Shown: in pieces, positions 11,761 through 25,384 of the stretch
How the letters are laid out: the number at the start of each line of letters is the position of its first letter
Numbering within the stretch: the first letter of the stretch is position 1
Origin: Camelus ferus
Taxonomy: Eukaryota
Length of the DNA: 64,000 nucleotides
Assembly: GCF_009834535.1 (NCBI RefSeq)
Contig: NC_045697.1
Span: 17,548,001-17,612,000, forward strand
Reading direction: 5' to 3'
Position numbers and translations under genes: made by a program
Notes under the pieces: generated by a model
What the model saw: the letters and a program-made list of their open reading frames with translations, nothing else
Database searches by the model: none
What the model was told of the DNA's origin: nothing

Positions 11761-14264
11761 AAGGTTGTGTCTGGAACTCTAAGGGAACTTCATACTTTTT
11801 ACTTTTTTACCTTTCCATTGTAACTTATGTATAATTAGCTTATAAAAACCACCTGAAGTATAAAATCTCATCTGATTAATTTGTTAATGTTGCCAATGTT
11901 TTATGGTGGGGGGTGCAATAAATAGCTTATTAAATGTTTGAATCTACAGACATATACATGGATGCGTGAATAAGTGAATATAGGAGTACATATATTTAAA
12001 TACCATCCATTAATAAATGGAAGCAATCCTCGAATTCGTTTGCTCCAGGTTGCATTCAGGTTGCTACCCTAAAAGTTCTTAAAGTGGCACTTGCAGAAAA
12101 AAAGAGATTTCTAACTCACACAAACGTTTAGCTACATCTGAGGTCGCACAGAGAAACAATCACATCATTTTCATGCTAACAAATGACAAATGTTATAGTG
12201 GTTGTGCAGGAGACATGGGAAGCACCGAGTCAAAACGAGCAAGTTTCTGGCATCGTGCAAGAAGCTTTATTCAAAAGGAGTAAATTATGGTCCTTTCCGT
12301 GGCTGAATTTTTCACCAACGTGAGATGAATAAACTCCTTCTGGAAATTACTCTTATGAAATTACTTCTTCCAGGACACTTAATAGTATATTCTGGTGCCC
12401 CTGAAAAATTAATTAACCTTATCCATAACAACCTAACCCCTAAACCATTTGCAGTGTTTTCACTGTGGGTCAGGTCAATCTTCTGTACCTTAATTTACAT
12501 CTAAGGGAAGGTGGTCTCATTACACCGGGGCCTTTTGGTCGCCAGTCCTTTGCCTTGTGCGATTTCTTTAGATGACATTCCGCTCATGTCCAGACGCATG
12601 AATCTTTTTTGAAAATGGCAAACCTCTGAGATTACCAGCGAGAACTTCTTAACTTTTTGGGGATGGGGGGGAGAGCAACACCACTGTCATCACCATACGT
12701 GCAGACACAGCTGCCGTAAGAGGATGGACAGGGCTGTAACTCTCTTGTTTGGTCCTATCTGGGTTTTCTCTGAGAAAGCCTAGATTTTCTGTCTCAGGGC
12801 TACAAAGCTGTAGGGGCCAGGCTGAGACTGGATTACGGGTCAACACCAGGATTTACCAATCTTCTTCTCCCTTTTGTTTATCCAGAAGATATCTAAACAG
12901 TATATTCAAGTCACTCTCAGACGACAAAGAAAAGTTACTGAAGATACTTTGACTGTTGCTCTTGGAACTAGGACCTCTGGTTACTTGCTGTGGGAGCAAA
13001 ATTTTCCTTTAACTCTCTGATTCTGTTGACTCTTAAGCTGTGGGAGTTTTATTTTTCCTTTGAGAACAGACGCATAGCATTGCTATTTCCAAAAAGAAAG
13101 ATTTCAGATAGCTCAGAACAGGAAAACATTATTACCCCCAATAGTAATTATTCTGTGCTGTTTTAGCAAACAGAATTAGTATCATTAATACTTATTAATA
13201 ACAATACACACGTCAATAATGATGAAGCAATCAGCCGATACAAATGCATTAGCACACAAACAGTGCGGAAACGAAAAATATTTTCTCTAGAAGATGAAGA
13301 AACAGTAGCTCTTTGTAGAAAAGATTGCTAGTCTCCTAAAAATGGGTCCTCCCCCACCCACTGGCCCAAAGGGCACATTTGTCTTAACTGGTCTCTGACG
13401 GCTTTGTCCTCCCGAGTGTGAGCTGATTTCAGTCGGAATTAATCAGAGACGCAGCGGTGATGAGGCCACCCCAGATACCGACAGCAGCTACATAAATGCT
13501 TCCTTGTTGCCACCCGAGCTGGCGAAGGATGGGTTTGAACAATGAGAGCTAATGATGGAACTCTGGAAGCTATCATTTTGAATCAGGCCATTACTTATGC
13601 CACCCTTGTGAAAATCAAGCCAGGCTCAGATTCCATGTCACGTTAGAAGGCATGGGCCCTCCGGGGACTCAGTGAGCCCAGAGAAGGCAGAGGGCGTTGG
13701 ATCTCCACGGGGACACTGGATGTTTGCAGGGGATGAACACCAGCCAAGTCATGTCCCAGACTGCACAGCGGGCCGTGGCGCGTTACAGGCCAGCCTTGCA
13801 GACAGCCACATGCTGCTGGCTGGAAAGGCCCAGCCTGATCTTCCGGCCAGTGTGGAAAGCACCGAGTCAGGAGCTCTCTCCTGGAATTCTCCTCGTGTGT
13901 ACTTGGGGAACCTCTCTGGTGAAATCCCAGACTTGTCCTGGCTTCTCCTCTTACTATTCCGTGCACTAATCTGTGTGATCTGGATAGGTTTCAAAACACA
14001 GCTGTACCGCAGCATGAGTGAGCCTTGCTGAACCCAGCTCAGACTAGCAGTCTGATTCAAAGCCTCATGATAAATAATACATAGCTGTTGCCTTAAGTTC
14101 TAAGTTTGGGGGTGATGTTACATAATTGCTAACAAGAGACGGATGGAAGCCACTGGAGATTTGTGAGCAGAGTACAAGCATGATGGAAAGCTGCACTCTA
14201 GAAGCTTTGCCCTACAGCAGCAGGATGAAGATGGGATGAAGCCTGGAGATTCTGGGAGGCAGGA

Positions 14265-14720
14265 AAACCTCAAAACTTAGCAGCTTAAGACTCAGAAGCC
14301 TGGGAGCAGTTTATCTGGATGGTTCTTGCTGGTGGTCTCTAATGTGGTTGTCATTAAAATGTTAACCAGTGTAGTCGTCATCTGAAGGCTTGACTGGGGC
14401 TGGAGAATCTGCCTCCAACATGGCTCACTCACATGGCTGATCGCTGGAGGCCTCAGTTCCAGACCACGTGAAGAGCACGTAGGGCTGCTCAAGTCCCTTT
14501 AAGACATGGCAGCCAGCTTCCTCCAGAGTGATCCAGGACAGAGCAAGGCAGATGCCCCGTCTTTTATAACCTAGCTCAGAAGTCACACACCATCACTTCT
14601 GCCATAACCTATTCATTGCCCAGACCAACCCTGATACAAGATGGGAGAGGATGACACCAGGGCACAAATACCAGGAAGTGGAGCTCATTTGGGGCCATCT
14701 TGGGAGCTGACAACCACACT
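14265..14720. mobile_element. MaLR LTR (MLT1F/G/H-like)
   Basis: CATCTGAAGGCTTGACTGGGGCTGGAGAATCTGCCTCCAACATGGCTCACTCACATGGCTG; AGAAGTCACACACCATCACTTCTGCC. Confidence 0.75.
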
Positions 14721-14919
14721 GTGGGTGGAGAAGGAAGGCGAGCAAAACCAAGATGTGAAGGACAGTTTAGTGGGGGAAACAAGGCTGCCACCTAGGAAGA
14801 GATCTGGTTCTTCCCCCTGTTGTTTCATCTGGCACCCTAAATGGGGCCTTGATCCCCTTCAAAACACACTGCCTCCAGAAAGTGTGCCTGCCAGAGAAGG
14901 TTTTTCCCTCCAGTCAACT

Positions 14920-15095
14920 GATTCCCGGACCACTTACCATGTGCCAGGCAATGTGCCAAGACTTCCCTGTGGTTGGCACCATCACCTCACCATCTTGTAG
15001 GTAAGGAAACTGAGCTAAGGTTACTAGTCCAAGTCCTCACAGCCAGTATGACGTGGGGCTGGAATATGAACCCAGTGGTTCAAATCCTGAGCCCT
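14920..15095. mobile_element. MIR SINE
   Basis: CACTTACCATGTGCCAGGCA...GGAAACTGAGCT...GCTGGAATATGAACCCAG. Confidence 0.6.
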
Positions 15096-15099
15096 TGCT

Positions 15100-16358
<1,259 letters not shown>

Positions 16359-16679
16359 TCACCAGTGGAATCGTGGTCACATTCAGCCCTACACAAGAGG
16401 CTGGCTGTTTGGGTGACAGGGCACCTTCCTCAATCATAGGGAGTGCTGGGGAAGGGAAACAGCCAGCAGGCCCTTTCTGCAGGGTGAGGTCAGGGCAGTG
16501 AGGTCCAGGGCCAGCTGTCTGTGAATCCTAGAGTCCACTCAGGACATGGCTGCCCACAAGTGCCACCACTAAGGGGCCGCCTGCTATGTCTGCTGAAATT
16601 TGGGTGACTCTGATTTGGGTGCGACAATAGCAATCGCAACAGCAGTGGAGCTTCGAGGGCCACGCTGTCCTCTTTGTGT

Positions 16680-16850
16680 TCTGGACCCCATCACTTGCTA
16701 GCTGGGTGGCCTCGGGCAAGTCACTCTGAGCCTCAGAGCACCTCATCTGTAAAATGAGGAATAACAGCGCCCACCACGTGGGAGGGCGGTGAGAAAGTAA
16801 ACGGGTCCACATAAAGCTCGGAGACGTTACGTCAGTGCTCAACAGATGTC
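16680..16850. mobile_element. MIR SINE
   Basis: GGCAAGTCACTCTGAGCCTCAG...CCTCATCTGTAAAATGAGGAATAA. Confidence 0.7.
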
Positions 16851-19713
16851 ACGTGTTGAAATGACTACTTTAGAGTGTAGACTGAACTGCCATACTCAGC
16901 AGGTCTGATTTAATTCCATGTGGTCATTTAAACTGAATAATAACTGGCATAAAGCAGGTAGTATCAGGTTCCCCAAATGATAACAGCGAAACTCTACTTA
17001 GAACACAGAGGCGCACACCAGGCAAACGCTTTTATCGATTCATATGAACTCCCTAAGGGGAGAGAGACAGTTTGAGGCAAAGAGAAGGAAAAGGAAAACC
17101 ATCACAACTCTGTTTTCAAGGCCATGGCAAGTCATGGAGGTGAGGAGCAGGGAGGTGTGGCTTTGAAGCGTGAGCTTGGTGAACACAGACACACAGACAC
17201 AAAACACGTGCACATGAGGTGATGCTGCCCCAGTGGTCAGGAAGGCCCCACACGCAGGATTTGATCCCAAACCCCTGCCAATGAGCCCCGAGGATTCTCT
17301 CAGTGGGAACCACCATGCCAACAGCGAAAAGCCCAGGGGCCGTGGCCCAGCCCACGCTCCAGGCTCAGCTGTCTGACTTTGGGTGAGACCTTATCTGAAG
17401 CCAAGTCACTGAATGTCTCTGGGGCTCAGATCAGAAGCTCTAAAGTTCTATGAATCTGCTCAGTTTCAGGGTTGCCAGGGCACAGAATGGTATTTGGGTA
17501 AAGATGTTCACTCTTGGAGAGCCAGGCAAACCGCGGACTGCACCTCTGAGCCCTCCACTTGTTTAAATACTACCCTCCCGTAGGCCATGTCCTATTAACT
17601 CGATTTCCAGTTCCGTAGTAGAGAGTTGGGTATACACTAGGTGCTTCGTAAATAGCAGATGGCTGTTTGAATACACAGCTGATGCGTTCTTGGGAATCCT
17701 GACGTCTTGGTAAGCATGGGGCTCGCAGCTGCCTCAGGCCGATGGAGAGTGCTATGAGCAGCCAGCACTCTCTGGCTTCTGCTATCTGAGGGTCATCCCA
17801 GGAGAAGAGAAATCTGATAGGAGCTGACCCTGAAGTCTCATGTGGAATAAATCCAGAAATCTTCAGGGCCACGGTCTGGAGAGGCTTCCCAAAGAGGACC
17901 ATTGAGCTGCAGCTTGGGATATTGTTAAGAGGTTTTCACAATGAGGTCAATCCAATCAGGTCTCCCTTTGTGCAGCAAAGATACAATCTAGAAATACCTC
18001 GAGGGACTAATGGCTGTTATGAACCCATAGCAGATGCCTCAGTTCGACTTCTTTTCTTTCTCTCCACCAGGGCAAGTTACTGTCCCCAAGTCAGGGACAG
18101 GACGGCAATTCCTGACTCATCTTTCTCTTTCAAGTAGGCTGGAAACTCTCTATCCTTACAGGGACTCAGTAAGAGGCACACTCTGCCCTCTGTGTTGCAT
18201 CCAACCTTCCAAGTCCCCTCTGTGCTGGTGGCCAAAGAGTCAGAATTATGGGCAGAGTTGTGAGCTGGCTGCAGCTGGGTGACGACGACAGCTGGAGAGA
18301 AAGCCTCAGTCCTCCTATTGTGAGGGACTCTCTAGGGCCCAGTGTCTCCATGGTCCCCCCAGCTACAGGGCATCATCAGTGATGCCTCAAGAATGCTGGT
18401 ACCAGCACATTAAACTCCTCCAAGAATCTGAGCACCAGGCGTGCGGAGAAGGGAAGCAGAAGCCACTCCTCATCCATGTCCAATCAAGGCGGGGGTTGAG
18501 GAGAAAAGAAATACCTTCTGAATTCCCTGCCTGCAGAGACCATTTTACCATTTGGTAAAATGTCAAGATTGGGTTTTTGTAAAATATTTGAAGAATTCAA
18601 AGACCTTCCTTAGAAGGCTCTCAGCTCTATTGTTTCTGACTAAGCCCAGGTTCTATCTGTGTTGACTAAATTGAGGTCTAATCTGATGGTCTGCTGTCTC
18701 CTAGTTCCATTTTGGTCCTTGGGACGGGGCGGGGTGGGGTGGGGATGAGGAGTGACATGAGGGTGATACACAGACTAGATTCAAACCACAACCAATGTAA
18801 GTCACACAGGCCCTTCCCTTCAACTGGTGTCTGAGTTTTTGGAAGCCCTACTGGATTCCCCATAACACAGCATCGCTCATCTCCTTCTCCAAAATGTATC
18901 AGCTACTTTCAAAATACACATTTTCCTTCTCAGGCTGATGCTGAGAGTGGAGAACAGAGAATTAAAATGAAAAGCTTCAAGAGCCAGGCTCTGCTCTTGC
19001 CAGATTTTTTTGTGGCTCTCAGTGTTTCTTGTCAGAGTATGCGTGCATGCAGGAAACTGCCCCTCAGGCCCCCCAAACACCATCCTCACCTGCAGACGCC
19101 AGGAAACGGCTGGGAGAATGAGGACGATATGTAGGGAGCTGGGGAGGATGGAGGGTCGTTCCTTCCTGAAGCGTGTGGCCAACCAGCCTGCCCTGTGGAT
19201 TCCTCAAAATAGCCCCATTCCTTTCATACCTCTCAGGGACTTGTTAAATAGTCTGGAGGACACTTTGCTATCCAGATGATCTCTCTGTGGCTTTGACATC
19301 TGTTAGACTTGTCTAGTTCCCAGCAAGATCACACATTTGCCCCAACTCTATCAAACAACGTTGAGAGCTATATATTGTTGGCAGAGAGAGTGAGGGAAAG
19401 AATAGAGTCAAAGAAAAATCATAGCACGCTCCAAGCCCAGCATGCTCCAAGTTCACCGGGGTCCATGAGAGTCTCGGAAGAGATTGTTCCAGCTTTGAAT
19501 TCTTCTCCAATCCAACTTGCTTTGAGAACCAGTCCCTAGCTGATCTGATCTATCCCCTGTCTCTCTCCTCTGAATTGTACTTCCCCAGTACAGGTGGAGC
19601 ATGGAAGTGAAGATCTGAACACCTGAATTCTAATACCTGCTTCTGTGGCCTTAGGTATCATCTAACTTCCTGAGCTTCTGTTTCCTAATGTAAAATGAGG
19701 GGATCACACTAGA

Positions 19714-19909
19714 TCAGGAAAGGCAAAAATATTTTCTCTCACATATCAACTCTGACCAGGAGGTAGCTGCCTGGAAAGCCAACATGGAAGACTGTTTTGA
19801 GGGCTAACATGAAAGATCAGCAAAGAAGAGTGATGTGATGGATTAGGAATGTCTGCCACTGGCATGGGAATAGTGTTGTGCAATGTACACCGAGTATTTG
19901 CCATCCTTG
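19714..19909. mobile_element. hAT-Charlie MITE (MER117-like)
   Basis: Imperfect TIRs CAGGAAAGGCAAA ... TTTGCCATCCTTG; internal GATTAGGAATGTCTGCCA. Confidence 0.5.
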
Positions 19910-20304
19910 AACTTTTTGCTCTCAGTCATCCTTCACGGTCTAGCATCTGACGACTCTTCACATTATTCCCTCACACATTAACATCTTTATCACTTAGTTA
20001 ATACTTAATCATGTACCATTTTGTGCTTTCCTCTCACTGTTTGATGTATATTCATCTTACTGCCCTAGTGGGACTGTTGATTCTCAGAGGGGGCAAGGGG
20101 TACATCTGCAGTGCTTGGTACAGAGTTGAATTCACAAAAGTTGATGCTCAAAAAGGTAACAACATATTATGGGCTGATTTATTAGAGGGGACACTGATCT
20201 TTTCAGGATGCTGGTAAATAAGAGAGCACAAACAATTTTCTGAAACCACTGGAACTCAGTCCCCTCCAGGTGGCTGAAATACTATGATTTGGCTCTTACT
20301 TGGG

Positions 20305-20390
20305 GGAAGAGGAAGAGGAAGAAGAGGAGGAAAAAGTGGAAGAGGAAGAGGAAAAAGAGGCAGAAGAGAAGGAGGAGGAGGAAGAAAAGA
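20305..20390. repeat. GA-rich polypurine tract
   Basis: (GAGGAA/GAA/GAG)n, almost entirely purines. Confidence 0.85.
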
Positions 20391-20888
20391 GCATACTTCC
20401 TCTTGCTCCGCCCTTCAGGATATTAAATGGAAACCTGAGAACAATAACGGATAGAGGGGACTGGTCTGATCTGCCCTGAAAGAGGCCTCCCCTCCCCCCA
20501 CCCACGGTTTGAAAATGATCATTAGGTGATGCCTCATTACAGCATCCTTCATCACTGCACCAGGGCAATGCTACTGCCTTTACATAAGCCATGTCAGATC
20601 GGGGGAATTGCCACTCTTTTTTCTGTTCTCCTACTTTGTAACTATGTAGAGGCCAGAGATTAGAACAAACACGACTATGGCATAAAATCCATTCAGACAC
20701 CACCCTGAAAACTAATTTTACCGTTTAATATTTGCTTTGTACTAATTGAATTCTCTATTTCAATGGTCTATCCTAATCAGAAAAGTGCAAAGATACACAG
20801 AGAATACATTTCTATTTATTTACATGCAGGGATGATATTAATGCACTGCTATTTAGCCACAAACATAGATATTTCAAATAGAACATAC

Positions 20889-20921
20889 TCCCAAATCCTA
20901 CTGAAACATTGTAGCTCAGGC
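20889..20921 (-). CDS. CCDC149: CCDC149 33-nt in-frame cassette microexon, (G)LSYNVSVGFG(R)
   Basis: ~30-nt T tract then gctgcctgaag|GCCTGAGCTACAATGTTTCAGTAGGATTTGGGA|gtatgt. Phase 1-1, no stop. Resembles a peptide I recall from some CCDC149 isoforms. Confidence 0.75.
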
Positions 20922-20928
20922 CTTCAGG

Positions 20929-20964
<36 letters not shown>

Positions 20965-21850
20965 AAAGGAAAGAAACAATTGTTATTGCATAATAGCCAT
21001 TCTAACCTAGACCAAACAACAGCAGAGACAGAAAATTCCCAGCATTCTTTCATTTATTCAACTCCCATCTTTTTACATAAGTTGTAGAAATAAAACATTG
21101 TGGAATCTCACTAAGTCATTTGGAGAGAAAAAAAAAAAAAAAAACCCAAACTCCAGTACATGCACAGAAATAGCAATCTGATTGCACAAATAAATGATAA
21201 ATTTGCCTAAGTTGAAATTCAATGCAATAAAAGAAAGACCTTCAAAGAAGATAAGGTTTTAACTGCATCAAAAGGTTCTTGTGCAAAATGGATCATTCAA
21301 ATCCCCAGGATGGCACTTGCCATTAATTAGGTCTGTTAGGTCTTTTGACATCAAGTTCAAGGGATCTCTGCTAAAAATTCCAATTTATGAAACACACTTC
21401 CAGGCAACCTAAGGCGGCTATTCAGATTTACATTAAGAAAACATGTGGTTTTGTCCACATCCCTGTGGCAATTTTCATTTCTCATATGTTACAAGGAAGC
21501 AACCGATAGGATTCAAGGGGAGAGAAGGGTTTGTACGGAAAGGTTAAGTAGCTAAAAATATATGTACACAGTTGCTTCCAGGGAAAGAGGAGGTGGTAGA
21601 AAATGATAAATACAAGTTTCTGGGAGAGTGTAAAGAAAAAGGGGAATGGCTGACGGGGGTCTCATGACGGGAGCTATTTTTCCAAGACAAACAGGATAAA
21701 TATAGCTAATTAAAGTGAAACATCAGTTTCTTTACACCCTGTACAACTGGGAAAAAAATCTCTGATGGAAATTTTGATTTTCAAGCTATGTAAAAATGGG
21801 GTGAGGAAGAGAGGAGGTTATAAAGTGCATTTGGGTTAAAGCAATTGTTG

Positions 21851-22005
21851 GTTCTTATGTTCATTTTTAGGACTGATGATTAAATTGAACAAGTTTTTGT
21901 AAGTTTGTACATTCATTTTTAGAACTGATGATTAAATACATTTTTTTGTAAGTTCTTATATTCATTTTTAAGGGGTAATGATTAAATTGAACAAATCTTT
22001 ATAAG
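21851..22005. repeat. Three tandem copies of a ~50-53 bp AT-rich unit
   Basis: GTTCTTATRTTCATTTTTAG..CTGATGATTAAATTGAACAAG..TTTGTAA, three times. Confidence 0.85.
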
Positions 22006-22273
22006 ACACCTACGGGTGAAAAATGAAGCAATTTACCATATCCACGAAAGTTAAAAATAAAACATATACAGACATATAGAATAACAATTTCAGAATTTAG
22101 GTTAGCAAAACTTCATAGGTCCACGGATGAGAACTTGCATATTTATTAATTTTTTTCTGATTTCCTCCAAAATGGTTTCTAAGTTTAAAACATTTCTCAG
22201 CAATGATCTTCAAATAAAAGAAATTAAAAAGGCAAAACCTCCTCTGCAAATTATGTGAGAGCTTCCTTTTTTA

Positions 22274-22426
<153 letters not shown>

Positions 22427-24983
22427 TCAGTGAACATCTGTCTCATTAGCTCTTAGGGTTGTGGGCAGGCAACTTGGGAAGCCTGCTAGTGCCCTAATAG
22501 AGGAATGTTTTGAGATTTAAGACATATGCTAAAAACAGAGTGTGTGCGTGTGTGTGTAGAATATATACGTGTGTATATATGTGTGTATGTATATATACAT
22601 ATGTGCACAGACACATAGTCTAGTGAAGTATGTATGAAAATATAAGTGAATGATTAAAAATGATTTTAAAAATTACTAAAATGTTGCCATTCAAGTGAAT
22701 CTTCTCCCACAAAGACAGCTGGGAAGCCAAACGAGTCCACCACTGCCCCAACATCTGACATCATTTCTATCTGGGAATTGCTCATTGCTAAAGATGACAT
22801 TTAACTTTAAATACTCTTAGTAGTATAACATCTTGATTCTTTGAGGGTGGGTCTGAGTTTTAGAAACAACCAAGATAACAAGTAAGACGGATGAACATGC
22901 TTTGTAATGTTACTTTGAGTCAATAACGTAGTAAGATCCACCGTCTGAGCCCTAACCTACGTCTTAAGGATAGCCATAGCCCTGATCGCTAGCACAATGC
23001 ACGGTGGACGGCAGGCGTTCAATAAAAACATGTGATGAAATAAATGCTTTCCTTTTTTTCATGGCTTGTAATTATCTCTGGAGAGAATTTTAAAAAACAG
23101 GCATTTCAGAAGTACTTTCGGCAATTACAGAATCACTAGAACAATTATATTGCTTTCTGAGGTGACCACCTTGGCTCCCCCATGATGTTTAAGCTCTGGA
23201 ACGTGTATTTGAAAAGATCACTCTGTTTACTTGGAAGGCAAATGTTGTCTATATGCATGGAAAGACATAAATTTGGGCATATATTTCCCCTTCGTCACTC
23301 TACACAAAATTAAATATACTTGGGAAATGATTTGATAGTCATCTAAAACTTCAATCACTTTCCATTGGCCTGGAAATTGAACAGCCAGTCTTCATCTTTG
23401 GGGGATTTTCTTGGCACTGCTGTGCTAAAATGATGTGGAAATCACCTTAATAGTGAAGTTTCAAATCCTTTCAGCAGGAGAGACGAGAACACCAGAATTG
23501 TTCTCCTACCTCTCTTTATATTCCAGAGATAGCTGCACACACCCACATACATACCAAGACATGAATATGCATATATCTGCACATATATAAATGGCTTTGG
23601 ATGCATCCTTATTTTACCTGAATTGACTTGCAGCATCTTAATTAATATTCCCTTCGAGTTCACAGGAAACTCTTTGACGTTACTATATGTGGTTTTGTTC
23701 ATCTAGATACTTAGAGCTTTTCCCTTTTCTTTTCCTTAAGTCTTAAATTCTGCATAGTCTTTATCAATTACTTTCAATTTTCCCTCCATTTGTTGGGTCT
23801 ATTTTGCTTTCATGTCTCTGACCCTTCAATAAACACCATTCTTCGTAATCTCACTTTCAATATTTTGCTCAGACCTTCTGATCCAACCTCCCTTTTCACC
23901 AGCTGATGGATTTGAGATGCAGTCACAGCCATGTTCAAGTTGATGCCTGTTTCTTAACGAGATCAGATCATCTGTATGTGGCTGCCTCTTGGAAACAAAA
24001 GATAAGGCTTAACTCTTCTGTGTACACTGAAGGATCAATGTTCAAAGGCGTGGTGAAGAGACATTCAGTTGTATTTTTTTCTGATGTTCCTGGATAAGAC
24101 AGCCGTGTCTCCCAGAAAAGGTCTGAGGTGAATTTGCTGGTGTCCCCAATAATCTATTCTCAGGGACTCTGTGGAAGTTTGTCAGTGCTGACTGCTTTTA
24201 TCTTTAGCCTGACACAGGCATCTGATGCAGGGCTGGAGGTAGTAAAATGGATCCAGTGGAAGTTGTGGTAGTGGCAATAGTAACACCAAAGCCACCAATG
24301 ACAACTGCACTGTGGTTAACACAAAACAGCAACTAATCTTTCCTGAGCCTCAGGCATGAGTCAGAGCCCCTGCTGAACACATACTGAATGTGCAGTTTTT
24401 TTTCATTTTGACCTGACAAAAACTCTGCATTTTAAAAAATTCTCCTTTTACACATGTGGACCCTAACAAACAGAGAGGTTAAGCAAGTTGCTCAAGAACA
24501 CACAGTTCATCTCAAAGCATGTCTTTTCCTAACCCCCAGTGTTCTCACCCACCACACTCTACTCCTCCCATTAAGAAACAGAGGTATGGAAGTTAGTTAA
24601 CTTAACCCCACCACATGCAGGACTCAGCTGGTGGTGAGTCTGGCTTTTAACCTGCACCTCAGTTTGCCTCCGAAGTGCATGCTCTTAACCGAGAACACCA
24701 CAAGGGCCCTGTAAAACCAGCGTTGTCATGCCTAAGGCAAGTTCTCTTTAAGTTCCCTTCGTAACTGAAACACGAATGCAGCCACAGCTGGCTTGCAGAA
24801 TACAACCCAAGATGCTTCAAGTGACAGAGCATCTTCCTGGTTGGCTTTACACCGAACAGAATGCCAGGTGGGCCACTGAACGTGCTGGGACACAGCCCAG
24901 GGAGAGAAGAGGGCCAGCTGAGTCTTAACAGCTGGCAGTATTCACAGATGGAGACAGTAGAAGTAGAAACAGGGTCCGATTTC

Positions 24984-24989
24984 AAAAAA

Positions 24990-25040
<51 letters not shown>
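24984..25040. repeat. Poly(A) followed by an (AT)n microsatellite
   Basis: About 24 A then about 16 AT units. Confidence 0.95.
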
Positions 25041-25045
<5 letters not shown>

Positions 25046-25179
25046 TGAGGCTGTAGGGGACAATGAAGAGAAGCAGACCCTGTCCCCATATTTGAGGGAC
25101 TCCGTCTGGTGGGAGACAGATGGACAGAGGTGTGCGCGCAGACGCACACGCGTACTCTGCCAGTGGGAGGCCTTAATAA

Positions 25180-25360
25180 CGGTGGCTGTTTACTAATCAC
25201 ATGCTCACAGATATGATCTCACTTAGACCCTTGAGACAATCAGTGCGGTAGCTCTTAATTATGCTTATTTTGCAGATGAGGGAGCTGAGACCCAGAGGCT
25301 GACCAAGTTGCCCTGGGTGACACAGCTGGCAGACAGAGGGGCCAGAATCAAACCTGGGCC
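25180..25360. mobile_element. MIR SINE
   Basis: TATTTTGCAGATGAGGGAGCTGAGACCCAGAG...GTGACACAGCTGG. Confidence 0.7.
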
Positions 25361-25384
25361 TGGAAACACACAAGCGCTTCAGGG

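Noticed and set aside
21851..22005. C/D snoRNA or CRISPR-like reading of the tandem repeat (TGATGA, CTGA)
   Set aside because: The boxes are antisense to the host gene and overlap, there is no terminal stem, and there are no unique spacers or cas genes
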